Shown one piece after another: positions 44,373 through 52,407 of a stretch of 64,000 bases of DNA. The DNA comes from an uncultured Eubacteriales bacterium (lineage in GTDB: Bacteria; Bacillota; Clostridia; Christensenellales; UBA1242). The stretch covers positions 115 to 64,114 of the forward strand of contig CARJLX010000001.1 in NCBI GenBank assembly GCA_949001935.1. Reading direction: 5' to 3'. The notes below the pieces were generated by a model that was given only the letters and a program-made list of their open reading frames with translations, did no database searches and was not told where the DNA came from. Numbering within the stretch: the stretch's first letter is position 1; every line of letters starts with the position of its first letter. Made by a program: the position numbers and the translations under genes.

Positions 44373-45848
44373 ATGGAAAAATATGAAATCTATGATGATA
44401 TTAAATCGCGAACTAACGGCGATATTTATATTGGCGTGGTTGGGCCTGTAAGAGTTGGTAAATCAACCTTTATCACCCAATTTATGAATAAACTTGTAGT
44501 TCCTAATATCACAGAAAAAAATTCAAAAGAACGCACGATTGATGAACTTCCTCAATCTGCTGATGGAAAAACTATTATGACGACTCAACCTCATTTTGTT
44601 CCAAACGAGGCTGTTAAGATTAAGGTTGCTAATGCTGAAATGAAGGTCAGAATGATAGACTGTGTTGGTTATCTTGCATCTGGCGTGCTTGGTGCAACCG
44701 AGGATGATAAACCAAGACTAGTTAAAACACCATGGTCAGAGGAAGATCTTCCTTTTGAAGAAGCTGCAGAACTTGGAACTAAAAAGGTTATTGATGAACA
44801 TTCAACTGTTGGCATTTTAGTCACAACAGATGGTTCTGTAACAGATATTCCTCGTGCTAGCTATATTGATGCAGAAGAGCGTGTTGTTGAAGCCTTAAAA
44901 GCAAGTGGCAAACCATTTGTTTGTGTGCTTAATTGCAAAAATCCAACAACTCAAGAGGCTAAAAAACTTGCAAGTTCACTTTCTCAAAAATACGATATTC
45001 CTGTAATTCCTGTTAATGCACAAGAACTTAAAGATGAAAATGTAGATAAGATTGTTGAAAGCCTTTTAATGGAGTTTCCTATAAAAGCTATACAAGTTAA
45101 ACTTCCAAAGTGGCTTAGAGCTTTATCTTATACTAGTGATATTATCTCAGAGCTTGTAGGTGAAATGAAGCGTATTGGTGGCAGTATGCGTAAACTTGCT
45201 GATGCAAGTGGCGAAGTTTTAGCTTTTACAGAAAGCGAAAATTTTGATCCAATCACAGTTTCAAATATACAAACAGGTGAGGGAATTGTTAGATTTGACA
45301 TTATTCCAAAAGAAGGACTTTTCTATAAAGTTCTTAGTCAAGAATGTGGTTATGAAATTGCTGATGACTTCTGTCTTATCAACTATATCAAAGAACTCGC
45401 AGTGGCTAAAACTGAATATGACAAACTTAGTTCTGCTTTGGAAGAAGTTCGTCAAACAGGTTATGGAATTGTTGAGCCTAAAAAGGAAGACTTTATTCTT
45501 GGCGAGCCAGAAATTATCAAACAAGGTGGAAGATTTGGCGTAAAAATAAAAGCAACTGCTCCATCACTTCATATTATGCGTGTAGATGTTGATACAGAGG
45601 TGACACCACTTGTTGGAACTGAAGAACAAGGCAATGACCTTGTCAAAAATCTTCAAGAGCAATTCCAAGATGATCCAGAAACTATTTGGGACACAAATAT
45701 TTTGGGAAGAAGTCTTTATAGTTTGATTGGGGATAATATATCATCTAAAATTGTTACAATGCCAATCGAAGCACAACGCAAAATGCGTAAAACTCTTGGA
45801 AGAATTGTAAACGAAGGTAAAGGTGGAGTTATCTGTATATTATTATAA
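44373..45848 (+). CDS. spoIVA: stage IV sporulation protein A
   Basis: IYDDIKSRTNGDIYIGVVGPVRVGKSTFI (Walker A) and full-length SpoIVA-like sequence ending GGVICILL. Confidence 0.95.
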   Translation: MEKYEIYDDIKSRTNGDIYIGVVGPVRVGKSTFITQFMNKLVVPNITEKNSKERTIDELPQSADGKTIMTTQPHFVPNEAVKIKVANAEMKVRMIDCVGYLASGVLGATEDDKPRLVKTPWSEEDLPFEEAAELGTKKVIDEHSTVGILVTTDGSVTDIPRASYIDAEERVVEALKASGKPFVCVLNCKNPTTQEAKKLASSLSQKYDIPVIPVNAQELKDENVDKIVESLLMEFPIKAIQVKLPKWLRALSYTSDIISELVGEMKRIGGSMRKLADASGEVLAFTESENFDPITVSNIQTGEGIVRFDIIPKEGLFYKVLSQECGYEIADDFCLINYIKELAVAKTEYDKLSSALEEVRQTGYGIVEPKKEDFILGEPEIIKQGGRFGVKIKATAPSLHIMRVDVDTEVTPLVGTEEQGNDLVKNLQEQFQDDPETIWDTNILGRSLYSLIGDNISSKIVTMPIEAQRKMRKTLGRIVNEGKGGVICILL

Positions 45849-45860
45849 ACTTATATAAAA

Positions 45861-45895
45861 AATTCTTAGGCTTAACATGGTCTAAGAATTTTTTA
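45861..45895 (+). terminator. terminator after spoIVA
   Basis: AATTCTTAG / CTAAGAATT stem followed by TTTTT. Confidence 0.75.
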
Positions 45896-45940
45896 TAGAT
45901 TTAGAATTTAGCAAATATAAAAATTGAAATATAATTTTTG

Positions 45941-45970
45941 TCACATTTTGTTTATGGATTGCCATAAGAT
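45941..45970 (+). promoter_or_regulatory. sigma-E-like promoter candidate for the SpoVM-like sORF
   Basis: TCACATT-15 nt-CATAAGAT. The -10 ends 6 nt before the ATG. Confidence 0.25.
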
Positions 45971-45976
45971 TATAAT

Positions 45977-46078
45977 ATGGAAAAAGAAAACAAAGAACCA
46001 AAATTTAAAATTGTTTGTATCAAAGCACCAAAGTGGCTTTCATTCTTTTTACGCAAGTTTGGCAAGAAAGAAGATTAA
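45977..46078 (+). CDS. SpoVM-like small protein (33 aa), absent from the ORF track
   Basis: MEKENKEPKFKIVCIKAPKWLSFFLRKFGKKED. The core KIVCIKAPKWLSFFLRKF resembles B. subtilis SpoVM (MKFYTIKLPKFLGGIVRAMLGSFRKD). Adjacent to spoIVA. No SD sequence. Confidence 0.45.
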   Translation: MEKENKEPKFKIVCIKAPKWLSFFLRKFGKKED

Positions 46079-46193
46079 CAATTTTACATAATAATTTGAG
46101 TCCTTTATAGGGCTATTTTATCATATTTTTGAATAGGGCATAATTTTTTTGAATATATTATTTAGGGATGCCTTAATATTTTTTGCAACAAAA

Positions 46194-46214
46194 AAGCAAG
46201 GGAAACCCTTGCTT
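46194..46214 (-). terminator. terminator of rpmB
   Basis: AAGCAAGGG-AAA-CCCTTGCTT with a T-run on the minus strand. Confidence 0.75.
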
Positions 46215-46226
46215 ATATGTTTACCT

Positions 46227-46409
46227 TTATGCCTTTTTTGCTTTTTTAATACATTTTGTGCAGGCTTTAACTTTTGTTGGTTTTCCATCAACTTCTACAA
46301 CTGCAGGTTGAAGATTAACTTCAAATGTTCTATTTGATTTTCTTTCTGAAAAACTAACATTTTTTCCACTTTGTCTGCCTCTACCGCAGATATCACATGT
46401 TCTACTCAT
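46227..46409 (-). CDS. rpmB: 50S ribosomal protein L28
   Basis: MSRTCDICGRGRQSGKNVSFSERKSNRTFEVNLQ.. GGAGG RBS. The longer ORF in the track is an upstream extension. Confidence 0.92.
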   Translation of the reverse strand: MSRTCDICGRGRQSGKNVSFSERKSNRTFEVNLQPAVVEVDGKPTKVKACTKCIKKAKKA

Positions 46410-46617
46410 AATGTTTTCCTCCATTTCTTTGCACTTTACTATATCATGAAACAAGTAAAAAAGCAAGTATTTTTTCACAAATTTTGAACTTTCTTGCAAA
46501 ATTGTGCAAAAATTTAAAAATACCCAAAAAAATCGTTTGTATTTTTTTTTACTTTGTAGTATATTTACTATGAGTACATTTATCTTTGTATATTTTTATC
46601 TATGGAGGACTTTTGAT

Positions 46618-46968
46618 TTGACCGTTGATACTAACAACTATTATGGCAATATTTCCATAAGTGACGACTCTATCAGGGTTGTTGCTGGTTTTGCTGTGCT
46701 TGATTGTTATGGTGTGGTTGACCTTGTTTCTCGTTCCCTTAAAGATAGTGCTCGTGAAATATTTAAAAAAGAAAATTATTCCAAAGGAATTAAAATACAT
46801 CATATCGACAACAGGATCTACATTGATGTTTATTGTATCTTGAAGTATGGTGTTTCTATTTCGGCTGTGGCTGAAAGTTTGAGAAATACTGTTAAGTATA
46901 CCGTTGAAAATTTCACCGGTATGCTTGTTGATGCTGTCAATGTTCATGTTGTTGGCGTTAGAGTTTAG
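46618..46968 (+). CDS. Asp23/Gls24-family alkaline shock protein (YloU-like)
   Basis: ISISDDSIRVVAGFAVLDCYGVV...VNVHVVGVRV. TTG at 46618 after GGAGG. Conserved rpmB / asp23-yloV arrangement. Confidence 0.8.
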   Translation: MTVDTNNYYGNISISDDSIRVVAGFAVLDCYGVVDLVSRSLKDSAREIFKKENYSKGIKIHHIDNRIYIDVYCILKYGVSISAVAESLRNTVKYTVENFTGMLVDAVNVHVVGVRV

Positions 46969-46976
46969 GAGAAATC

Positions 46977-48611
46977 ATGATTAAAACTATCAATGGCACT
47001 ACCTTTCGTAAAATGATCGTGGCTGGTGCTGGCTTACTTGAACAAAATAAAAAATACGTTGATCAACTCAACGTTTTTCCTGTTCCAGATGGTGATACTG
47101 GAACTAATATGTTTCTTACAATGAAATCGGCTGTGACTGAAGTTTCTAAGTGCATTGACAACAATATTTCTGCACTCAGTGATGCTTTTGCTAAGGGGGC
47201 TTTGCGTGGTGCTAGAGGCAATAGTGGTGTTATTACTTCTCAAATTTTCAAGGGCTTTTGTCAAGAAACTGGTAAGGTGAATGAAATCAATACCAAAGTT
47301 TTTGCTAAAGCTATGCAAGAGGGGGCTAATGTTGCATATAAAGCAGTGACCAAACCTAAGGAAGGGACAATCTTGACTGTAATCCGTGTTATGGCTGAAA
47401 ATGCTGTTAATGTGGCTAAGAAATGTGACGATTTTGAAGAATTTTTTAGGCGTGTTCTTGAAACTGGTGAAGAAATTTTAAGACAAACCCCTGAAATGCT
47501 TCCCGTTCTTAAAAAAGCTGGTGTTGTGGATGCTGGTGGTCGTGGAATTATTGTTATTTTCACAGGTTTCTATAAAATGCTTATAGGGGAGGAAAATTTT
47601 GAGTTTGATTTCTCTGATGAGCGTCCTGCACAATCTGTTGACGATGTAATTGCAGATATTAACAATCTTGGCGATATACAATTTGGTTATTGTACTGAGT
47701 ATATGATTATTCATATGAACAAAAAAACAACTGAGGCGGATATTGACAAACTTCGCGAGAAATTAATGGCTCTTGGTGATAGTGTTATCTGTATCGGTGA
47801 CCTTAATCTTGTTAAAGTTCATGTACACTCTAATGAACCTAATAAGGCAATAGGGTATGCTCTTGAGCTTGGCGAAATATACAATATCAAGATTGAAAAT
47901 ATGAGAGAACAAAATCGTGAACTTAAAAAGAAGGCAAGTGCCACAGAGGAAACAAAAGAAATTGGTATGGTTGCTGTTGCCGCAGGTGACGGGCTTGCTG
48001 CAATATTTAAGGATTTATGCGTTGATGAAGTTATTGTTGGTGGACAAACTATGAATCCTTCAGCTGCCGATATTGCCGCTGCTGCTGATAAAGTTCCTGC
48101 TAGAAATGTTTTTGTTTTCCCTAACAATAAAAATATTGTGCTTGCAGCCGAACAAGCAAATGATTTGACTAATAAAAATCTTATCATTATTCCTACAAGA
48201 AGTGTGCCAGAAGGTATTTCTGCCTCAATAGCTTTCAATCCAGATGGTTCTGTTCAAGAAAACCAAGAAGCTATGACTGAAGCCATCAAAAGTGTTAAGT
48301 CTGGTTTGGTTACTTATGCGGTTAGAGACACTCATGTTGATGGCTTTGACCTCGCTGTAGGCGAAATTATCGGTCTTGATGATAAGGCAATTTTGGCAAA
48401 AGGTAAGTTGGTTGGAGATACAACGGCTGCCTTAATTGAAAAATTAATGACAGAAGATGTTATGAACGTGACGCTTTTCTATGGTGAAGATATTCGTGAA
48501 GCTGATGCAAATGCACTTCAAGAAAAGCTTGCATCTAAATATCCAGATTGCGAAATTACTGTAGCATATGGTGGTCAGCCTGTGTACTATTACCTAGTAA
48601 GTTTGGAATAA
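46977..48611 (+). CDS. yloV: DAK2-domain fusion protein YloV
   Basis: VFPVPDGDTGTNM, GARGNSGVI, C-terminal DegV-like half. Confidence 0.9.
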   Translation: MIKTINGTTFRKMIVAGAGLLEQNKKYVDQLNVFPVPDGDTGTNMFLTMKSAVTEVSKCIDNNISALSDAFAKGALRGARGNSGVITSQIFKGFCQETGKVNEINTKVFAKAMQEGANVAYKAVTKPKEGTILTVIRVMAENAVNVAKKCDDFEEFFRRVLETGEEILRQTPEMLPVLKKAGVVDAGGRGIIVIFTGFYKMLIGEENFEFDFSDERPAQSVDDVIADINNLGDIQFGYCTEYMIIHMNKKTTEADIDKLREKLMALGDSVICIGDLNLVKVHVHSNEPNKAIGYALELGEIYNIKIENMREQNRELKKKASATEETKEIGMVAVAAGDGLAAIFKDLCVDEVIVGGQTMNPSAADIAAAADKVPARNVFVFPNNKNIVLAAEQANDLTNKNLIIIPTRSVPEGISASIAFNPDGSVQENQEAMTEAIKSVKSGLVTYAVRDTHVDGFDLAVGEIIGLDDKAILAKGKLVGDTTAALIEKLMTEDVMNVTLFYGEDIREADANALQEKLASKYPDCEITVAYGGQPVYYYLVSLE

Positions 48612-48704
48612 TAGTTATATATTTATAACCTTTTAAATTAAATAAAATAAAAGTCTGTTTTGTGACAAATTAATCACTAGCAGACTTTTTTATTTGCGTT
48701 ATCA

Positions 48705-48732
48705 CACATTTATATAGTTCTTGCATATTTTA
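48705..48732 (+). promoter_or_regulatory. sigma-K-like promoter candidate (cACa-16 nt-CATAtttTA)
   Basis: Matches AC-N16/17-CATAnnnTA about 75 nt upstream of the ATG at 48807. Confidence 0.25.
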
Positions 48733-48806
48733 GATTGTAGCAAACTTATGCTGGCGGAAATATATTGACGCCCAAAACTCAAATTTGCTAATAATGGAGG
48801 TTTTTA

Positions 48807-49460
48807 ATGTCATTTTATATTAATAACACAAACCCGAACAGACCGGGTCCTATTTCAGGCAATCCGCTTAGCGGAATTTGCGAAAAGGTTATGATTGAAA
48901 CAACAAAGGTTTTTGATGCTTGTGTTTGTCAAACAACTGAAACAGGCATTGTTTTGCAGGTTAGCGATTTTAATCCTGCAAACCCTGCTTTGCCTTTGAC
49001 TTATGTTTCAGCTCAAAGTTCAACAACTCAGCCTGCAACTATCACAGATTTAACAATTGACCGTATAGATCAAGCACCTAATTATGCTAATGTAAGTGCA
49101 ACAATTACTATTCCAGTTGTAGTTACTTATCGTGATGCCAATGGCGTACTTGGAAGTGGAACTTCAACTGTTGTTGTACGCAAGGATGTTATGTTGTTTG
49201 TACCTCAACCATCACTAAGTCCTGTGAATATCACTACAAACGCTCTTTTCTCTAGCCAAATCGGCACATTCTCTGGTGATAGCACATTTACTGTGACTGG
49301 TTGTATTCAAATTTTATTAAAAGTGACTTCTGTTGTGGATATTTTATTACCATCATATGGTTATCCTGTTGTTCCACCATGTCAAGCAGCGTCATCTCCT
49401 TCTGTTTGCCCTGGTATCGGAGATCTTCCACTTTATCCAACAGCAACAGTTGTACAATAA
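48807..49460 (+). CDS. hypothetical Thr/Ser/Val/Pro-rich protein (217 aa), possible spore-surface component
   Basis: Strong GGAGG RBS. No signal peptide or TM segment. Cys pattern C..KV.D.C.C near the N-terminus and PPCQAASSPSVCPG near the C-terminus. I do not recognise the family. Confidence 0.6.
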   Translation: MSFYINNTNPNRPGPISGNPLSGICEKVMIETTKVFDACVCQTTETGIVLQVSDFNPANPALPLTYVSAQSSTTQPATITDLTIDRIDQAPNYANVSATITIPVVVTYRDANGVLGSGTSTVVVRKDVMLFVPQPSLSPVNITTNALFSSQIGTFSGDSTFTVTGCIQILLKVTSVVDILLPSYGYPVVPPCQAASSPSVCPGIGDLPLYPTATVVQ

Positions 49461-49490
49461 ATACTAATCGTTTGATTAGTTTACATAAAA

Positions 49491-49512
49491 GGGTGAATTT
49501 TTCACTCTTTTT
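49491..49512 (+). terminator. terminator after the 217-aa gene
   Basis: GGGTGAA-TTT-TTCACTC (one G-U pair) followed by TTTTT. A second small hairpin lies at 49463-49480. Confidence 0.55.
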
Positions 49513-49566
49513 ATTTTGCTTGATTTATTTTGTTGGTTATGATATATTTTAATTCGAGGTGATTTT

Positions 49567-50665
49567 ATGATTTTAGATGTAGTAAAAGAAAAAATCAATG
49601 GGTTAAAAGAGGACTTTTCATTTATAAAGGAGTGTCTTTGACAAGGCTAAATTAGAATGTGAGTTGAAAGATCTTAAAAGTCAACAGGCTGAAGATGGTT
49701 TTTATCAAAATCAAAAACTGGTCACAGAAGTTGGGAAAAAGATTAGGATTATTGAAGATAATTTAGGTTTAATTGTAGATTTTGAAAGGCGATTTGCAGA
49801 TATTGATACGTTCATTATTTTGTTAGAAGAAATTGGAGAGGATCAATCTTTACAAGTTGAACTTGAAGAAAGCTTGAGCAAATTGACTCAAGATATTGAA
49901 AAAGCAAGAGTTGACAGGCTTTTAAGTGGTAAATATGATGGTTATGATTGTATTATAACCTTGCATGCAGGAGCTGGTGGAACTGAAGCACAAGATTGGA
50001 CGGATATGTTGTACAGGATGTACTCAATGTATTGCGATAAAATTGGTTTTAAAACGCGTGTTATTGATGTTTTGGACGGGGATGAGGCAGGTTTAAAATC
50101 TATTACTTTTGAAGTTAGCGGGCTAAATGCTTATGGTTATTTAAAAGCAGAAAAAGGGGTGCATAGACTTGTGAGAATTTCACCTTTCGACTCTAATGCA
50201 AGGCGTCACACAAGTTTTGCAAGTTGTGAAGTTATGCCTAAAATCGAGGATGCTTCTGAGATTGAAATTAGGCCTGAGGATTTGAAAATAGACACCTATC
50301 GAGCTTCGGGAGCTGGTGGTCAACATGTTAATAAAACAGAGAGTGCTGTTCGAATAACACACATTCCAACAGGAATAATAACAGCATGTCAAACCGAGCG
50401 TAGTCAAGTACAAAATAAAGAATATGCTATGCAAATGTTATATTCCAAACTTGTAGAAAAGCAGGAGGCAGAAGAACAAGAAAAATTGGCTCAAGTACGG
50501 GGGGAAATCAAAAAGATAGAGTGGGGAAGTCAAATTCGATCTTATGTATTCTGTCCATACACGCTTGTTAAAGACCATAGAACTGGATATGAAACAAGCG
50601 ATATTCAGGGTGTTATGAATGGTGACATTCAAGAGTTTATTAACGAATATCTGAAGAAGATATAG
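49567..50665 (+). CDS. prfB: peptide chain release factor 2, requires programmed +1 frameshift
   Basis: ORF0 MILDVVKEKINGLKEDFSFIKECL ends at CTT TGA C (49636-49642). The +1 frame continues DKAKLECELK... and carries the SPF and GGQ motifs. Confidence 0.93.
49627..49642 (+). promoter_or_regulatory. RF2 autoregulatory +1 frameshift site
   Basis: AAGGAG TGT CTT TGA C, i.e. an internal SD-like element 3 nt before the CTT-TGA-C slippery stop, as in E. coli and B. subtilis prfB. Confidence 0.9.
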
Positions 50666-50766
50666 ATAGTTGAACGCTATCGGTTTTGCATTTTGCGATT
50701 TAATATAAAACATGATAAGAAAAAACAGGGCTTTAAGGGTAATAAATTTTGAAACTAGCAAAAAAC

Positions 50767-50800
50767 AAAATCGAACTCGATTTAACGAGTTCGATTTTTT
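50767..50800. terminator. bidirectional terminator between prfB and the MBL gene
   Basis: AAAATCGAACTCG / CGAGTTCGATTTT stem, 13 bp. Confidence 0.8.
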
Positions 50801-50808
50801 ATAGAATA

Positions 50809-51501
50809 TTAATCAAATTCTTTTGGCAATTTCAGCAATTTCTCTTTTTTTACTTGTTCATACAATTGTAAACTTTCAAAGTGCATGGCTATAAATTTTT
50901 TAGCACCTGTGAGGTTTTTAACTATTTCGTAATCAAGATGAGATTTTGGATAATTAGAAACTTCAACATAAACATCTTTGTAATCATCATTATTGCCAAT
51001 TGTTTTGATATATTCTAATTCCTTTGTATCACCGCTATAATAATACTTACCTTTAGCATCTTGAAACTCAATGCCAAAACATTCCAAATCGGGCGTATGG
51101 ATTGTTTTTCTTGCTTGAATGTTTATATTATTAAAAGTTATATTATTTTTTTGACTGAAAGTATAATATTTTTTATCGATACCCATCATCGTCAAAAGTT
51201 TTTCAATATGCTGTTTGAATTTCTTGCTATTCGCAAGAATTACAGGTATTTTTTTATAGATAATACCACACTGCCAAATTAAAGCTCCAAGTCCAGAAAT
51301 ATGATCTGCGTGGGTGTGAGTTATAATAATGATTATTTCAGTCGTTTGTTCACTTAAAATTTCATTTTTAATTAGTTTTTCTATGCACTGAGCATTAGGA
51401 TCTATAATGACAAAACTATGTTTGTTAATTAGTGCTGCACAATTAGATGCAAAATTATGATTTAATGCCCCCCCAATTCCAAAAAATTGCAATTCTTTCA
51501 T
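50809..51501 (-). CDS. MBL-fold metallo-hydrolase
   Basis: ITHTHADHISGLG (HxHxDH). Start at MKELQFFGIGG after GGAGG. Confidence 0.8.
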   Translation of the reverse strand: MKELQFFGIGGALNHNFASNCAALINKHSFVIIDPNAQCIEKLIKNEILSEQTTEIIIIITHTHADHISGLGALIWQCGIIYKKIPVILANSKKFKQHIEKLLTMMGIDKKYYTFSQKNNITFNNINIQARKTIHTPDLECFGIEFQDAKGKYYYSGDTKELEYIKTIGNNDDYKDVYVEVSNYPKSHLDYEIVKNLTGAKKFIAMHFESLQLYEQVKKEKLLKLPKEFD

Positions 51502-51584
51502 TGAAACCTCCAATTATTTATTATAATAGCATAATATAAGATAATATTCAAATGATTTATTATAAAAAATAATTTGGCATTTAA

Positions 51585-51640
51585 GCGTGTGCTTGTCTTA
51601 TACAAGTGCTGTCGCTTCGCTCCAGCAGACAAGCACACGC
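51585..51640. other. GC-rich extended hairpin (perfect 14-bp stem)
   Basis: GCGTGTGCTTGTCT (51585-51598) pairs with AGACAAGCACACGC (51627-51640). An inner GCTG/CAGC stem and a competing CTTGT/ACAAG hairpin are also present. Confidence 0.7.
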
Positions 51641-51904
51641 CTATAACTCAATTTTGCTTTTTGTTTTCTTCTCTCTATAATTCTAGTGTAAACGAATATT
51701 CTTTGTTTTCACTAGTTTCAAAGGTGAGTGACTAAGGGTCATGTTTTTTTATTTAATTTTTATGTTCATATGTCAATGGTTGCATATGACAAAATTCTTT
51801 TAAATTCTCTATTTTTCTCTTAAAATTTTAATCAAAATTTGTATAAATTATTTTGAGAAATGGGTATAAAATGATAGACTTTCCCATGCAAGTGAGGTGA
51901 AATA

Positions 51905-52042
51905 ATGATAAATGAAATTATGTATAATTATGTTAAATCGCTAACTCCTGATGAGTTTAAACAGCAAATTAAAAACAAAACTTTTGCTGAAAAGTGTTTC
52001 ACTCCAGAGGTTAAGGTTAAACTTGTTAAAGTGTTATCTTAA
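51905..52042 (+). CDS. small basic protein, paralog 1 (45 aa), not in ORF track
   Basis: MINEIMYNYVKSLTPDEFKQQIKNKTFAEKCFTPEVKVKLVKVLS. GAGGTG RBS 6 nt upstream. Confidence 0.5.
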   Translation: MINEIMYNYVKSLTPDEFKQQIKNKTFAEKCFTPEVKVKLVKVLS

Positions 52043-52198
52043 ATTAAAAATTTACCTTATTGAGTATTTGTTGTGTTTAATGAAAATATTTTTTGAATTC
52101 GACAAAAACTAGAAAATTTTAGACATTTTTCTATTTTGAATAAGAACTTTTTTGTGCTATTCTTGCCTTGCACTTTTTTTAAAAGGAGGTTGAAATAA

Positions 52199-52348
52199 AT
52201 GGATAAGCACACGCTTGAATACATTAGAAGTTTGACGCCAGAACAGTTTAAGAATCAAATTAAGAACGGCACATTTGCAGAGAATTTGCTTGCAAAAACC
52301 AAGCCGAAAACAGTTATAACGTCTATCTTTGAAATTATAAGCAAATAA
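52199..52348 (+). CDS. small basic protein, paralog 2 (49 aa), not in ORF track
   Basis: MDKHTLEYIRSLTPEQFKNQIKNGTFAENLLAKTKPKTVITSIFEIISK. AAAGGAGG RBS and its own terminator. Confidence 0.6.
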   Translation: MDKHTLEYIRSLTPEQFKNQIKNGTFAENLLAKTKPKTVITSIFEIISK

Positions 52349-52363
52349 ATATGTTTTGGGTAT

Positions 52364-52389
52364 AAAGAATTTACAATTCTTTTTTTTTG
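52364..52389 (+). terminator. terminator after sORF paralog 2
   Basis: AAAGAATT-TAC-AATTCTTT followed by TTTTTTT. Confidence 0.75.
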
Positions 52390-52398
52390 TGCTATAAT
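52390..52398 (+). promoter_or_regulatory. extended -10 promoter TGcTATAAT for tsaD
   Basis: Lies 9 nt upstream of the ATG at 52408, implying a very short or absent leader. Confidence 0.4.
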
Positions 52399-52407
52399 CC
52401 TAGTGTT

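Noticed and set aside
50700-50790. 30-codon ORF MIRKNRALRVINFETSKKQNRTRFNEFDFL between prfB and the MBL gene.
   Set aside because: There is no SD sequence. It runs through the bidirectional terminator hairpin, and nothing supports it as coding.
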